From Cyanobacteriota bacterium (GTDB lineage Bacteria > Cyanobacteriota > Cyanobacteriia > Thermostichales > Thermostichaceae), in assembly GCA_033764955.1 (NCBI GenBank), contig JANRIL010000046.1, positions 1 to 64,000 on the forward strand: DNA of 64,000 nucleotides, written 5' to 3'. The notes beneath the pieces were generated by a model. That model was not told the origin of the DNA, ran no database searches, and saw only the letters and a program-made list of their open reading frames with translations. The position numbers were made by a program, and so were the translations under genes. Positions within the stretch are counted from its first letter, which is position 1, and every line of letters begins with the position of its first letter. Below, in pieces: positions 9,606-20,658 of the stretch.

Positions 9606-10976
9606 ATGAAAACATCCCCCCACCTGATGATGGATACTGCCTCGAAAAATTCTGACAAAAGCCCCTTTGCTCATTCCTCTCCACCCCGACGGGGGGGATC
9701 CGGCTGGCTGGTGGGGTTGCTATTGCTGGGGGTGCTGGGGGGGGCTGGCTGGGTAGCCTACCGTGTGTTGGTGCCTGCTCCAGTTGCGGTTAGTGAAGTG
9801 GCTAAACTGGCTCCGGTAGAGCAGCTCACCCTGCCGCTAACGGTTTCTGCCAGCGGTACGATCCAGCCGGAACGGGTGGTCAATGTCAGCCCCAAGCGAG
9901 CGGGCATCCTCTCAGAAATTTTGGTGGAGGAAGGGGATCCCGTCCAAGCGGGACAACTGATTGCCATCATGGATAGCTCCGATCTCCTGGGTCGCCGTAC
10001 CCAAGCGATGGCTCAACTGGCGGCGGCTCAGGCCAATTTAGCCCGTCTGCAAGCAGGTAGCCGCCCTCAAGAAATTGCCCAAGCCCAAGCTCGCTTGACG
10101 GATGCCCAGGCCGCCCTACGACAGGCCAGCGACCAACTGGAGCGAGACAAATCCCTGCAAACAGATGGGGCAATTTCGATTCAGCAATTGGTGATCACCC
10201 AATCCAACTATGACCGTGCCCTGGCTAGTGTGGAGCAGATGGAACAGGCTCTGCAACTATTACAGGTGGGATCCCGTGCTGAAGATATTGCCCAGGCACA
10301 GGCCGAGGTATTGGCGGCGGAGGGGGCGATCCAGTCGATGGAAACCGAGCTGGCGGATACCCGCATCCTGGCTCCCTTTGCTGGGGTTGTCACCCGCAAA
10401 TTCAGCGAACCGGGGGCTTTTGTGGCTCCCACTTCTGTGCAGGTGGATTCGGGCAGTAGCGCCAAAGTCAGCGCTGCTATCGTCAGCATTGCCGGAACCA
10501 ACCAGGTGATCGCCAACGTTGCTGAAACCGATATCAGCCAGATTCGCATCGGACAAACTGCTAGCCTGCGAGCCGATGCCTATGATGACCAAGAATTTAC
10601 GGCGGAAGTCAGCCAGATTGCCCCCCAAGCGGTTCTGCAACAAAATGTCACCAGCTTTGAGGTCAAGATGGCTATTCGGGATGATGCGGAGGGATTGCTG
10701 CGCCCCGGCATGAATGTTGATATCGAGTTTCAGGTGGGATCCCTGGAGAATGCCCTAGTGGTGCCAACGGTGGCGATTTTACGCCAAGAGGATCAAATTG
10801 GGGTGTTTGTTAACGATGCCGAGGGCAACCCCATCTTTAATCCGTTAGAGATTGGCGTGAGTATCGGGGACAAAACGGAAGTCAAATCAGGACTTACGGG
10901 TGACGAGCAGGTCTATATCACCTTCCCAGAAGGCTATAAACCTTCAGCGAGAGGGCTGTTTCCCACCCTCAACTAG
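9606..10976 (+). CDS. Efflux periplasmic adaptor (MacA/HlyD family)
   Basis: N-terminal TM, lipoyl half-motifs (VEEGDPVQAGQ, ILAPFAGVV), coiled hairpin. Confidence 0.9.
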   Translation: MKTSPHLMMDTASKNSDKSPFAHSSPPRRGGSGWLVGLLLLGVLGGAGWVAYRVLVPAPVAVSEVAKLAPVEQLTLPLTVSASGTIQPERVVNVSPKRAGILSEILVEEGDPVQAGQLIAIMDSSDLLGRRTQAMAQLAAAQANLARLQAGSRPQEIAQAQARLTDAQAALRQASDQLERDKSLQTDGAISIQQLVITQSNYDRALASVEQMEQALQLLQVGSRAEDIAQAQAEVLAAEGAIQSMETELADTRILAPFAGVVTRKFSEPGAFVAPTSVQVDSGSSAKVSAAIVSIAGTNQVIANVAETDISQIRIGQTASLRADAYDDQEFTAEVSQIAPQAVLQQNVTSFEVKMAIRDDAEGLLRPGMNVDIEFQVGSLENALVVPTVAILRQEDQIGVFVNDAEGNPIFNPLEIGVSIGDKTEVKSGLTGDEQVYITFPEGYKPSARGLFPTLN

Positions 10977-11026
10977 GTTCTCTGGCGATCCGTGGGTAGG
11001 GGAGCAGAACAGGTTTCAATGAAGAA

Positions 11027-12292
11027 GTGCGTCAGGAGAGTAGAGAGATTGTGCCGACCCCCTTTGTCATCGATACGTTAGAAATGTCTACCGATAGCCT
11101 GCGCAGCAACAAACTGCGGGCGGGTCTCACCGTTTTGGGGGTTGTGATTGGCATTAGCTCGGTGATTGCCCTCAACTCGATTGGGCAGGGAGTGCAAAAA
11201 GCCACGGAAGGACTGCTGCAAGCCCTGGGAACGGATGTCATGCTGGTGTTGGCAGGGCCAGCGCGGGTGGGATTAGTCAGTCAGGGAGCTGGATCCGCCT
11301 CCACCTTGACCTTAGCAGATGCCCGTGCTTTGGAATCCCAAGCTCCTGCCATCGATGGGGTGGCCGCTTTTTTGCGCGGGGCGGTGCAGTTGGTCTACGA
11401 AGACAAAAATATCTTGACAGCAGCGATGGGCACGGAGGCCAATTTTCCGCAGGTGCGGACTTGGCAGGTGCAGGAGGGGCGTTTTTTTAGTCAAGAGGAA
11501 GTGGATGAGCTAGCCAGAGTGGCCGTGTTGGGTTATAAAACCCGTGATGCCCTGTTTGGCAATGTTCCTTCCGTTGTAGGGGAACGGATTCGTGTCCAGG
11601 GGGAACGCTTTACGGTGATTGGCGTGATGGAGCCGAAAGGGGGACTGGGCAGTGCGGATCCCGACGATCAGATTTATGTGCCTCTCACTACCATGTCCGC
11701 CCGGTTGGTAGGGAACAATGCGGTTTCTGGCCTGGCTTTAACCGGATTTTGGGCGAAATCGGTTTCCCAAGATCAGGTGGATGCCGCTCAGTTTCAACTC
11801 ACCAATTTGCTGAGACTGCGCCACAATATCCTGCCGGGACAGGAGGATGATTTTTCCTTGACCAATCAGGTAGACATTCAACAAACCCTGAATATTGTCG
11901 TCAGCCTATTTACGGTGATGGTGGTGGCGATTGGGTCGATTTCGCTCGTGGTGGGGGGGATCGGCATTGCCAACATCATGCTCGTCACCGTGGTGGAGCG
12001 CACCCGCGAAATTGGCATTCGCAAAGCTCTCGGAGCGAGTGAAGTGGCGATTCTCTATCAGTTTTTGACAGAAGCTGTCGTGGTGTCTGTGATGGGGGGA
12101 GCGATTGGCATTGTCTTGGGGGTGGGGGTAGCCGCCGGAACCGCCTTTCTACTGCGGATCCCACTGATTGTTTCCGGCAGTTCGGTGGTGGTCAGCTTCA
12201 GCCTGTCTTTGCTAGTGGGGCTGTTGGCGGGAGTGATCCCAGCCCGCAGTGCCTCCAAAATGGATCCGATTGTTGCGCTACGGGTGGATTGA
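11027..12292 (+). CDS. MacB/FtsX-type ABC permease
   Basis: LTVLGVVIGI, VGGIGIANIML...ERTREIGIRKALGA. Confidence 0.92.
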   Translation: MRQESREIVPTPFVIDTLEMSTDSLRSNKLRAGLTVLGVVIGISSVIALNSIGQGVQKATEGLLQALGTDVMLVLAGPARVGLVSQGAGSASTLTLADARALESQAPAIDGVAAFLRGAVQLVYEDKNILTAAMGTEANFPQVRTWQVQEGRFFSQEEVDELARVAVLGYKTRDALFGNVPSVVGERIRVQGERFTVIGVMEPKGGLGSADPDDQIYVPLTTMSARLVGNNAVSGLALTGFWAKSVSQDQVDAAQFQLTNLLRLRHNILPGQEDDFSLTNQVDIQQTLNIVVSLFTVMVVAIGSISLVVGGIGIANIMLVTVVERTREIGIRKALGASEVAILYQFLTEAVVVSVMGGAIGIVLGVGVAAGTAFLLRIPLIVSGSSVVVSFSLSLLVGLLAGVIPARSASKMDPIVALRVD

Positions 12293-12293
12293 G

Positions 12294-13022
12294 ATGGGGG
12301 AAATGATTCGGCTAGAAGGGATCCGCAAGACCTACCGCATGGGGGAGATGTGGGTGACCGCTCTCAACCGCATCGATCTGACCATTGAGGCGGGGGAATA
12401 TGTGGCGATCATGGGAACGTCGGGTTCCGGTAAATCCACCCTCATGAACATTTTGGGGTGTTTGGATCGACCCACCCAGGGCAAGTATTTTTTGGCGGAG
12501 CGAGATGTCACGACCTTGGGCAATGATGAGCTAGCTCTTGTCCGCAACCAACGCATTGGTTTTGTCTTTCAGCAATTTAACCTGCTCTCACGGGCTTCTG
12601 CTTTAGACAATGTGATGATCCCGATGATCTATGCCAATATTCCCAAACGGGAGCGACAACAGCGGGCGAAAGAAGCCTTGGTTCAGGTGGGATTGGCGGA
12701 TCGTTTATATAACCTGCCCAGTCAATTGTCGGGGGGACAACAACAACGGGTGGCGATCGCCCGTGCGCTCGTTAATCGTCCTGCCTTGATTCTGGCGGAT
12801 GAACCGACGGGTGCTTTGGATACCACCACTTCTCAAGAAATTATGGATTTGTTGCGTGGTCTCAATGAAACCCAGGGCACGACTCTGGTGATCGTGACTC
12901 ATGAACCGGATATTGCCGCCCAAACTCGTCGGATGATTCGCTTGCGAGATGGATTGGTGGTGGAGGACAGCCCTCAGGTCGCTGTGACCAAGGGATCCCT
13001 ATCGCTGGTTCCAGAAGAGTAG
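12294..13022 (+). CDS. MacB/LolD-type ABC ATPase
   Basis: [32 protein letters not shown]. Confidence 0.93.
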   Translation: MGEMIRLEGIRKTYRMGEMWVTALNRIDLTIEAGEYVAIMGTSGSGKSTLMNILGCLDRPTQGKYFLAERDVTTLGNDELALVRNQRIGFVFQQFNLLSRASALDNVMIPMIYANIPKRERQQRAKEALVQVGLADRLYNLPSQLSGGQQQRVAIARALVNRPALILADEPTGALDTTTSQEIMDLLRGLNETQGTTLVIVTHEPDIAAQTRRMIRLRDGLVVEDSPQVAVTKGSLSLVPEE

Positions 13023-13215
13023 GGGATCCCTTTGCTGTTGACTCAGATGTAGACCAACCCCTTCCCGCCCTTTTTTGTCCAATGGACGAGTGCCATTGCA
13101 AGGGTTGCGGACGTTGTGGGTATGGTAGCCATTTGACGGGGCGGATTGGCTTCTCCTATGGTGGTGAAACCTGAATAACCCTATCGGTAGTGGGTTGTCT
13201 CGATGAGGTATGAAT

Positions 13216-15063
13216 ATGTGTGGGATTGTCGGCTATGTGGGGTTTCAGTGGGCAGCTCCTATTTTGATTGAAGGGTTGCGAACTTTGGAATATCGCGGGT
13301 ATGACTCGGCGGGTATTGCCACTGTGGATGAAGACCATCGCCTAAGCATTATCCGAGCCACCGGAAAACTGCATCACCTTCAAGAAAAAGTCAGGCAAGG
13401 GATCCCTACGGCCAAGCTGGGGATTGGCCACACCCGCTGGGCCACCCACGGAGCTGTCACGGAAGAAAATGCCCATCCCCATTGCGACAGTGCGGGGCGG
13501 GTGGTGGTGATTCAGAATGGCATTGTGGAAAACTATCTGGAACTGAAACATCGCCTTTTGCAGGAGGGAGTGGTTTTTCAATCCCAAACCGATACGGAAG
13601 TGATCGCCCATTTGCTGGGATCCCGACTGGCCGAAACGGGCGACATTGTGACCGCCTTTGCTCAAGTGCTGCAAGAGTTGCGGGGGGGAAATGCAATTGT
13701 GGTGCTGGATCGGCAGCGACCGGATTTGTTGTTGGCGGCGCGACTGGGCAATGCTGGCGCCGTAGTGGTGGGAGAAGGGGAGGGGGAAAAATTTGTGGCC
13801 TCCGATCTACCCGCCATCGTCCGCCATACCCGCCAGATAGTCTTTTTAGAAGATGGAGAAATGGCTCTCTTGACGGCGAATCAGGTGACCTACCAACGCA
13901 TCACCGGGGATCCCTTACGCAAATCCTTAACCGCGATTGCCTGGGATCCGATTGCGGCAGCCAAGGGGGGCTACAAACATTTCATGCAAAAGGAAATTGC
14001 GGAACAGCCCCGCACTACCACCGATACGCTGCGGGGGCGAGTCGATCTAGAAGAAGGGCGGGTCATGCTGGAGGGGTTGCTCCTGAGTGAAGGGGAGATC
14101 CAGAACATTCAACGGATTCACGCGGTGGCCTGTGGAACCGCTTGGCACGCCTGTCTGGTCAGCAAATATTTTATAGAGTCGATTGCGCGGATCCCGGTGG
14201 AGGTGGATTATGCCTCGGAGTTTCGCTATCGGCAACCCGTCCTCAACTCCGGCAACTTAGTTTTAGCCCTCACCCAATCGGGGGAAACGGTGGATACGCT
14301 GGCGGCCATGACGGAAGCCCGCGAACAGGGGGTAAAAAGTTTGGCGATTGTGAATGCGATTGGATCCCAGGCTAGTCGCCTTGCCGATGCGGGAACCATT
14401 TATATCCACTCTGGGCCTGAGATTGCCGTGGCTTCCACCAAAGTTTTTTCGGGCATGTTGATGGCGAGCTATTTGCTGGCGCTGCAACTGGCTCAGGTGC
14501 GGGGCGTCCTAACTCCAGAGCAAATCCGCGCCCATATTCAACAGTTGATTGAGATTCCCGGCAAGATTAGCTTGCTTATCAAAGAGACGGCGATTTATGA
14601 GCAGCTCGCCGATCACTATCACCACGTCACCGATATGCTCTACCTGGGGCGCTGGGTGAATGCCCCGATTGCCCTGGAGGGAGCCTTAAAAATGAAGGAA
14701 ATCAGCTATATCCATGCTGAGGGCTATCCGGCGGGAGAAATGAAGCATGGCCCAATTGCCCTAATTGATGAACGGATGCCAGTGGTGTGCATTGCCACTC
14801 ACGATCATGTTTACGAAAAAATGTTATCGAACGTGGAGCAGGTGCGAGCTAGAGGGGGGCGGGTGATTGCCTTGATCAATCCTGGGGATACGCAGGTGCG
14901 CTCCCAGGCGGAGCATGTGATCGAAATCCCAGAGACGACTCCCCTTCTGGGATCCATTCTCAACGCTATCCCCCTGCAGATGTTTTCTTATGCTATGGCG
15001 GTTCGCCGAGGAGCCGATGTAGATCAGCCCCGCAACTTAGCCAAAAGTGTAACGGTAGAATAG
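13216..15063 (+). CDS. glmS: Glutamine--fructose-6-phosphate aminotransferase
   Basis: MCGIVG, EYRGYDSAG, GHTRWATHG, QPRNLAKSVTVE. Confidence 0.97.
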   Translation: MCGIVGYVGFQWAAPILIEGLRTLEYRGYDSAGIATVDEDHRLSIIRATGKLHHLQEKVRQGIPTAKLGIGHTRWATHGAVTEENAHPHCDSAGRVVVIQNGIVENYLELKHRLLQEGVVFQSQTDTEVIAHLLGSRLAETGDIVTAFAQVLQELRGGNAIVVLDRQRPDLLLAARLGNAGAVVVGEGEGEKFVASDLPAIVRHTRQIVFLEDGEMALLTANQVTYQRITGDPLRKSLTAIAWDPIAAAKGGYKHFMQKEIAEQPRTTTDTLRGRVDLEEGRVMLEGLLLSEGEIQNIQRIHAVACGTAWHACLVSKYFIESIARIPVEVDYASEFRYRQPVLNSGNLVLALTQSGETVDTLAAMTEAREQGVKSLAIVNAIGSQASRLADAGTIYIHSGPEIAVASTKVFSGMLMASYLLALQLAQVRGVLTPEQIRAHIQQLIEIPGKISLLIKETAIYEQLADHYHHVTDMLYLGRWVNAPIALEGALKMKEISYIHAEGYPAGEMKHGPIALIDERMPVVCIATHDHVYEKMLSNVEQVRARGGRVIALINPGDTQVRSQAEHVIEIPETTPLLGSILNAIPLQMFSYAMAVRRGADVDQPRNLAKSVTVE

Positions 15064-15097
15064 ATTTTTGCTGTGCCGTAGCAGGTAGGGGATAGGT

Positions 15098-15337
15098 TTA
15101 TTCATCCCCAATAATTTCTGGCTCGGTCAGTTCGTCTGACATCTCGATGACCGCCCGCCGGATGGGTTTCATCCAACTGTCGTCAATATCATCCGGCTCC
15201 TCATAGCGACGCCGTTTGGCACGGGTTGCCACCAAGACAGTGATGCGATAACGGTTTTTGGAAGCGTTGATCAAATCCTCCACCCGCCGCATCAATTCGG
15301 AATTTTCGATAGCTAAGTGCTTGGCTTTTTTCATCAT
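15098..15337 (-). CDS. rpoZ: RNA polymerase omega subunit (cyanobacterial Ycf61 type)
   Basis: [19 protein letters not shown]...[20 protein letters not shown]. Confidence 0.9.
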   Translation of the reverse strand: MMKKAKHLAIENSELMRRVEDLINASKNRYRITVLVATRAKRRRYEEPDDIDDSWMKPIRRAVIEMSDELTEPEIIGDE

Positions 15338-15393
15338 ATTTTTATGGTAACCATGAGCAAGGTGAACGCTAGACCAACCTGTGCAGAGGCATT

Positions 15394-15597
15394 CTATCCT
15401 CCCCCTACCATCGTGACAATTTCCAAACGATCCCCTTCTTGCACCTGAGTGGTTTCCCACCACTGGCGATGCAAGATCTCGCCATTGTACTCAAGGGCAA
15501 CTAGGCGAGGGTTGAGGTTAAGGGTTGTGAGCAGTTGGCTGACGGTGAGGGGAGTTGTCAACAATTGACTTTCGCCGTTTACCTGAATCGACAACAT
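15394..15597 (-). CDS. thiS: Thiamine sulfur carrier protein
   Basis: [27 protein letters not shown]-terminus. Confidence 0.93.
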   Translation of the reverse strand: MLSIQVNGESQLLTTPLTVSQLLTTLNLNPRLVALEYNGEILHRQWWETTQVQEGDRLEIVTMVGGG

Positions 15598-15642
15598 CGG
15601 AGGATAAGAAAATTACGGCAACAATGGTCAGGGATCCCTATC

Positions 15643-16758
15643 CTACTCGATTAGCGCCAAATTATCCCGATGAATGGCTTCGGTTCCGGCATACCCAAGA
15701 ATGTCGGCAATATCGGAGGTTTTTTTGCCACGGATGTGGTGCAGTTCACTGGCGCTGTAGTTAACTAGACCTCGCGCCACTTCTTTGCCGGCGACATCAC
15801 AGAGACGCACAGGGGATCCCACCTCAAAATCGCCCGTGACCGTCAGGATGCCAGCAGGCAGGAGAGAACGACCCTGCTCCACCACCGCTCGCACCGCCCC
15901 TTCATCCAAGACCAAGGTACCTTCGGGGATCAGACTATAGGCAATCCAGCCTTTGCGGGCAGGCACGGGATCCGGGTCGGGATCAAAGCGGGTGCCAATT
16001 GCCTCCCCAGCCAGGATAGCCGGCAGTTGTTGGGGCTGTTTGCCCTGGGTGATCACAACGGTTACTCCGGCGGCGGTGGCCATGCGAGCGGCGGTTAGTT
16101 TGGTAGCCATGCCCCCGGTTCCCCAACCACTTTTTCCCGAATTTCCAGCCTCTACCTGCAGCGACATGCCGGGGGTAACCCGCTCAATCGGAGCGGCATC
16201 GGGATCCCGGTGGGGATCCGCCGAGTAGAGCCGATCCACATCCGTGAGTAGGATCAACCATTTGGCTCGCACCATGCTGGCAACCAGAGCCGATAGCGTA
16301 TCGTTGTCGCCAAACTTAAGTTCATCGACGGCCACGGTATCGTTTTCATTGACGATCGGAATCACCCCCAGCCGCAGCAATTCCCGAAAGGTGTGGCTGG
16401 CATTGACATAGCGCCCCCGATCCACCAGATCCGCCCGTGTCAATAACACCTGAGCAATAGGTTGATCCAAGGCGGAGAAGAGATCATCGTAGAGGCGAAT
16501 CAGCCGACCTTGTCCAACGGCGGCGACGGCTTGTTTTTCGGTAATTAGGGTGGGACGCTGCTTGAGGCGGAGGCGGGCACAGCCCACACCCACGGCACCT
16601 GAAGAAACCAAGATAATGGAATGACCCTCCCGTCGTAAGCGGGTGATGGTTTCCACTAGCGGCCCGAGCACCGACAGCCGCAGATCGCCAGAGTTGGGAT
16701 CCGTCAAACTGGAGGTGCCAATTTTCACAACGACAAGGCTGGTAGGGATCCCACTCAT
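15643..16758 (-). CDS. proB: Glutamate 5-kinase
   Basis: [34 protein letters not shown] domain. Confidence 0.96.
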   Translation of the reverse strand: MSGIPTSLVVVKIGTSSLTDPNSGDLRLSVLGPLVETITRLRREGHSIILVSSGAVGVGCARLRLKQRPTLITEKQAVAAVGQGRLIRLYDDLFSALDQPIAQVLLTRADLVDRGRYVNASHTFRELLRLGVIPIVNENDTVAVDELKFGDNDTLSALVASMVRAKWLILLTDVDRLYSADPHRDPDAAPIERVTPGMSLQVEAGNSGKSGWGTGGMATKLTAARMATAAGVTVVITQGKQPQQLPAILAGEAIGTRFDPDPDPVPARKGWIAYSLIPEGTLVLDEGAVRAVVEQGRSLLPAGILTVTGDFEVGSPVRLCDVAGKEVARGLVNYSASELHHIRGKKTSDIADILGYAGTEAIHRDNLALIE

Positions 16759-16839
16759 GGTTGTAGGGCGGATCAGAGGTTCTGGGACAGCTTTATGCAC
16801 TCAGGATTACTAGAATACCGTGATCGAACGGGTGGCTAG

Positions 16840-18315
16840 CTAGCCTTCACTAGACTCAGTGGGAGTGGGGGTGAGGGTAGGGGTGGGTTGAGGGGCGGAA
16901 GTCGGGTTGGGCTGGCTCCAATACTGATAGACGACACGAGAAAGATCCTGTACCAATTCGTAGGCTCTCGGATCGTTGGGGGTATCGCGCTTCACTAACA
17001 CAGCCGCTAAATAGCGCCGACCATTGGGCAGATCGACCAACCCCACATCCCCGACGTGGGAGCGAATGTCCCCTGTTTTGTGGGCAATCCGGGATCCCGT
17101 GCCTAAGCCCTGCGGCAACATGGACTGGTTTTGGGTGCGGCGCATAATATCCAACAGGCGATCGCGGCTGCGACGGCTCAATAGGTTGCCTTGCTCAATT
17201 TGATTGAGCAGGGTGGCCATGTCGTGGGCACTGGTGGTGTTAGTTCCTTCCAAATCCGGCAAGAGCCAGGACAGTTGGGTATTTAGCAAGCCCCATTGGC
17301 GAAACTTCTGGTTGAGGGTTTCCATGCCCCCCAAGCGCAGGATCAACAGGTTAGTGGCCATGTTGTCGCTGACGGTGATCATCAGGGTGGCCGCTTCTAG
17401 AACGGATACCTCTGATCCGAGGGGACGAGATTGCAAGACACCGGATCCCCCTCCCATCGCTTCTTGCGTGAGGGTCAGGGATTCATTCAGTTGAATTTCT
17501 CCGCTATCCACCGCCTGCAAAAGCGCCACCAAGATCGGCACTTTAATCACGCTGGCAGCAGAGTAAACCTGACTGGCTCCCGCATCCACATAAGCGCCTG
17601 TATCCAGGTCAATAAACATAGCCCCGACGGTTAACCCAGGCCGTGTCAGCAGAGCCGCCAGTTGAGCCTGCAAATCGGGCAAGGGGGTGGTGAGGGGCAA
17701 CAGGGTGGCATTTACTGGCGGAGTGGTGGGATCCCAGCTCTCCTCTGCTGTCAGGGAAGCCGTCGAGGAGACGGGAATTTGCGTCTTTAAGAGTTGGGAA
17801 AGGGTGGCCAGCAGCCCCCCCAAGACGATGCTAACCAGGAGTGCTTTGGCTACTAATCCTCCCAAACTGGGAACGACCGTTGCCGTAGCCATGGCTGGAC
17901 GCAGATGTTTGGGGCTGGTGGATGAGCGGGCTAAGCGCTGAGCGGCGGCAGCTCGCCGACTGGCAAGGCGGCTTTTATGGGTCGGACGTTTGGCGAGTGG
18001 TTGAGAGCGGGTAACCGGTTGTGTGGGCGTCGGCAGCGGAGCCATGCCCTCCGGCGGATCGAGGGGGGGATCAGGACGGACGGAGGGAGGAGGGGAGGGG
18101 GGGAGGCGCAACATTGAGGGGGATCCCAGCGAGGGGAGGCTGGGAGGAGTCACCGCTGGGGGCAATCGCCTCGCCCCTGTCGTCGGGGGGGGGGTAGGTT
18201 GGGCAGAAACCGCAGGCTGCGCCGATTGAGCCGCCAGCAAGCGTTGTAATCGAGATCGGGTTTGTCGGCGCTTTCTCGATAGCTGATGGCTGGATCCACT
18301 CATGTTGGGTGACAC
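16840..18315 (-). CDS. Class A beta-lactamase-like serine hydrolase with Pro-rich N-terminus
   Basis: SVIK (SxxK), SDN and HKTG motifs after one TM segment. Confidence 0.88.
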   Translation of the reverse strand: MSPNMSGSSHQLSRKRRQTRSRLQRLLAAQSAQPAVSAQPTPPPTTGARRLPPAVTPPSLPSLGSPSMLRLPPSPPPSVRPDPPLDPPEGMAPLPTPTQPVTRSQPLAKRPTHKSRLASRRAAAAQRLARSSTSPKHLRPAMATATVVPSLGGLVAKALLVSIVLGGLLATLSQLLKTQIPVSSTASLTAEESWDPTTPPVNATLLPLTTPLPDLQAQLAALLTRPGLTVGAMFIDLDTGAYVDAGASQVYSAASVIKVPILVALLQAVDSGEIQLNESLTLTQEAMGGGSGVLQSRPLGSEVSVLEAATLMITVSDNMATNLLILRLGGMETLNQKFRQWGLLNTQLSWLLPDLEGTNTTSAHDMATLLNQIEQGNLLSRRSRDRLLDIMRRTQNQSMLPQGLGTGSRIAHKTGDIRSHVGDVGLVDLPNGRRYLAAVLVKRDTPNDPRAYELVQDLSRVVYQYWSQPNPTSAPQPTPTLTPTPTESSEG

Positions 18316-18634
18316 GATGAAGAGTTGGGCATTTCCTCACCCATTGGTTTTGGTGACTGGGGGGCAAGTGGCCATAGAGCTAGAGGGGATCAGCCATCAT
18401 CTGGCATTAAAGTGGATCCGAGCAAAGCCCTAGAGCAAACCTTAACCAGCAGGTGCAAGTCAATTATAGAAGGAATAATTAATAGGTCAAGTTCTTGGAC
18501 TAATTATGGCATTTCACCTGGGTGGGGCGTCATCGATCTATATTGATCTATTTAGAACTAAGGAACTTACCTTCTCAAGTTTATTTTCCTCTGAAAAGAG
18601 GGGGATAACTATCTCCTTCAGGGTGACAGTCTGG

Positions 18635-19471
18635 TCAATTTATTTCATCCTTGGATCCTATGTGCGAATCGTTGAGATGTGGGGGAGAATCATTATTTTC
18701 TGGATTTACTATTTGGTGAAACCAGCTCAGTTGACGGAGGATGCCTCGCAGCATGGCAACTTCTTTTAAACTGAGACCCGCTCGACTAAACAACGCTCTA
18801 AACTTGGACAACTTTCGATCAGAAGTATGAGACTGAAGATAGCCGATTTTCAATAAAATGGCTTTGAGATGGTCATAAAAATCTTCTAAAACCTGCACAG
18901 GAACCCGTTGAGATTCAGTCGAAAAACCAGATGAATCAGAAAGAAAGTAATCCGGTTTGCTGAGGTCGCCAGTTAGGGCAGCCATCCGCAATTCGTAACA
19001 ACAAATAGCCACTGCCTGGGCAAGGTTGAGGGATGGATAAACGGGATCCGCGGGAATCATCACCTGTCGATGACAAAGGGCTAATTCCTGATTGCTGAGG
19101 CCGCGATCTTCGGCTCCAAACACTACAGCGCCCATCATATCCCCCAATAACCAGGGAAGGGCCAAACGGGGATCCTCAATTTTCCATTCTGGGGGATAGT
19201 TCTCTCGCCGTCCGGTGGTACCGATGACCCGCCGACAGTCCGCGAGAGCGGCAGGTAAGCTAGTCACAATCTGAGTGGTTTGCAAAATATCTTGGGCATG
19301 GACGGCCATCAAGCGAGCTTGGGGATCGGTGGGATGACAGAGGGGATTCACCAAGATCAACTGCCGCAGTCCCATGTTTTTGAGGATGCGAGCGACCGAA
19401 CCCAAATTATGGGATCCCGCCGGAGCCACCAACACTACCCGCAATTCTGCGAACCGCTCCCAATTGGTCAT
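18635..19471 (-). CDS. TrmJ/LasT family SPOUT RNA methyltransferase
   Basis: NLGSVARILKNMG, VFGAEDRGLSN, SLNLAQAV. Confidence 0.9.
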   Translation of the reverse strand: MTNWERFAELRVVLVAPAGSHNLGSVARILKNMGLRQLILVNPLCHPTDPQARLMAVHAQDILQTTQIVTSLPAALADCRRVIGTTGRRENYPPEWKIEDPRLALPWLLGDMMGAVVFGAEDRGLSNQELALCHRQVMIPADPVYPSLNLAQAVAICCYELRMAALTGDLSKPDYFLSDSSGFSTESQRVPVQVLEDFYDHLKAILLKIGYLQSHTSDRKLSKFRALFSRAGLSLKEVAMLRGILRQLSWFHQIVNPENNDSPPHLNDSHIGSKDEIN

Positions 19472-19587
19472 GTCTCGTTGTCGCCCCTATGACCCCATCG
19501 TTTCTCTAGGTTTGCCGAGAAAGGCACACTAAAAAGTGCTCCTGCAATCTTTCCACAGGCATGGGTTGATAGCCCTTAGATAGAGAG

Positions 19588-20658
19588 TCATCTGACTTTG
19601 TCGCCCATATGTTTGTTACCCAACATTAGCAAGGAAGCATCGGAACCGACACATAGCACTGATACAAAGAGGATCCCTTGCAGCACGATAGCCACGGAAG
19701 AGGGCAACTTGGCAAACAATTGCAGGGCATCCCCCGCCGCCAGAATGCCCCCGATCAACAGGGACATGGGGATCACTCCCAGGAGACTATTTCCTGCTAA
19801 CCAGGCCACCAAAAAACCACTCAAGCCAAAACCATTAGAGATACCCACCTGCAGCCGCCCTTGGATCATGGCCGTTTCCGTAATCCCCGCCAACCCCGCC
19901 AGGGATCCCGCCAGGGCCATCACCAGCAGGACGTGAAACGGGTACTTGAGACCCACCTGCATGGCCAGGGGCGGATTGCTCTGCATGATGCGGAGGCTCA
20001 AGCCCCAACGACTCCAACGGTAGAGAACATAGAGGAGTAGCGCCATTCCCACGGCGATAAACAAGCCCCCATGGACACGGGATCCCGCTAGGAAGGGTAG
20101 CTTGGCCGTGGCTGGAAACTGGATCGTGGCTGGCCAGCCCAAATTGGCCGGATCCTTCCAGGGGCCATAGACGACAAAGCGCACCCATTGCATCCCCACA
20201 TAGTTGAGCATCAGGGTGCTGAGGGTTTCATTCACCGTCCACCTGGCTCGCAACCAACCGGGGATCCCGCCCCAGATCGCGCCCCCCACCGCACCCCCCA
20301 GCAGCACGAGGGGCAAGAGGAGCCAGCCGGGGCCATCGGGCCAGAGCAAGAGGATACCCGTACCGACCAAGGCTCCTAAATGCAGTTGTCCCTCCCCGCC
20401 GACAGAAATTAGGCCCAATTTGGCTGGTAGGGCTACGGCTAGGGCGCAGAAGAGAATTGGCGTTGTTTTGACCAGGGTTTCTGACCAGGCGTAGTCATCA
20501 CCAAAGGCCGCCTCCAGCATGGAGCTAAAAATGGTCAACGGTGACTGACCGATGGCCAGCAAAAACAGGCTGCTGAGGAGGATAAACACACTCAGGATGC
20601 CAAGGCCGGTGAGCAATGGGATCCGCAACGTCGATCCTGGGAGCCAGCGGGCGATCAT
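19588..20658 (-). CDS. Nucleoside/purine-type ABC permease
   Basis: ISVGGEGQ, VNETLSTLMLNY. Confidence 0.88.
   Translation of the reverse strand: MIARWLPGSTLRIPLLTGLGILSVFILLSSLFLLAIGQSPLTIFSSMLEAAFGDDYAWSETLVKTTPILFCALAVALPAKLGLISVGGEGQLHLGALVGTGILLLWPDGPGWLLLPLVLLGGAVGGAIWGGIPGWLRARWTVNETLSTLMLNYVGMQWVRFVVYGPWKDPANLGWPATIQFPATAKLPFLAGSRVHGGLFIAVGMALLLYVLYRWSRWGLSLRIMQSNPPLAMQVGLKYPFHVLLVMALAGSLAGLAGITETAMIQGRLQVGISNGFGLSGFLVAWLAGNSLLGVIPMSLLIGGILAAGDALQLFAKLPSSVAIVLQGILFVSVLCVGSDASLLMLGNKHMGDKVR

Noticed and set aside
13023..13215. glmS ribozyme
   Set aside because: No recognisable conserved ribozyme core in the leader.
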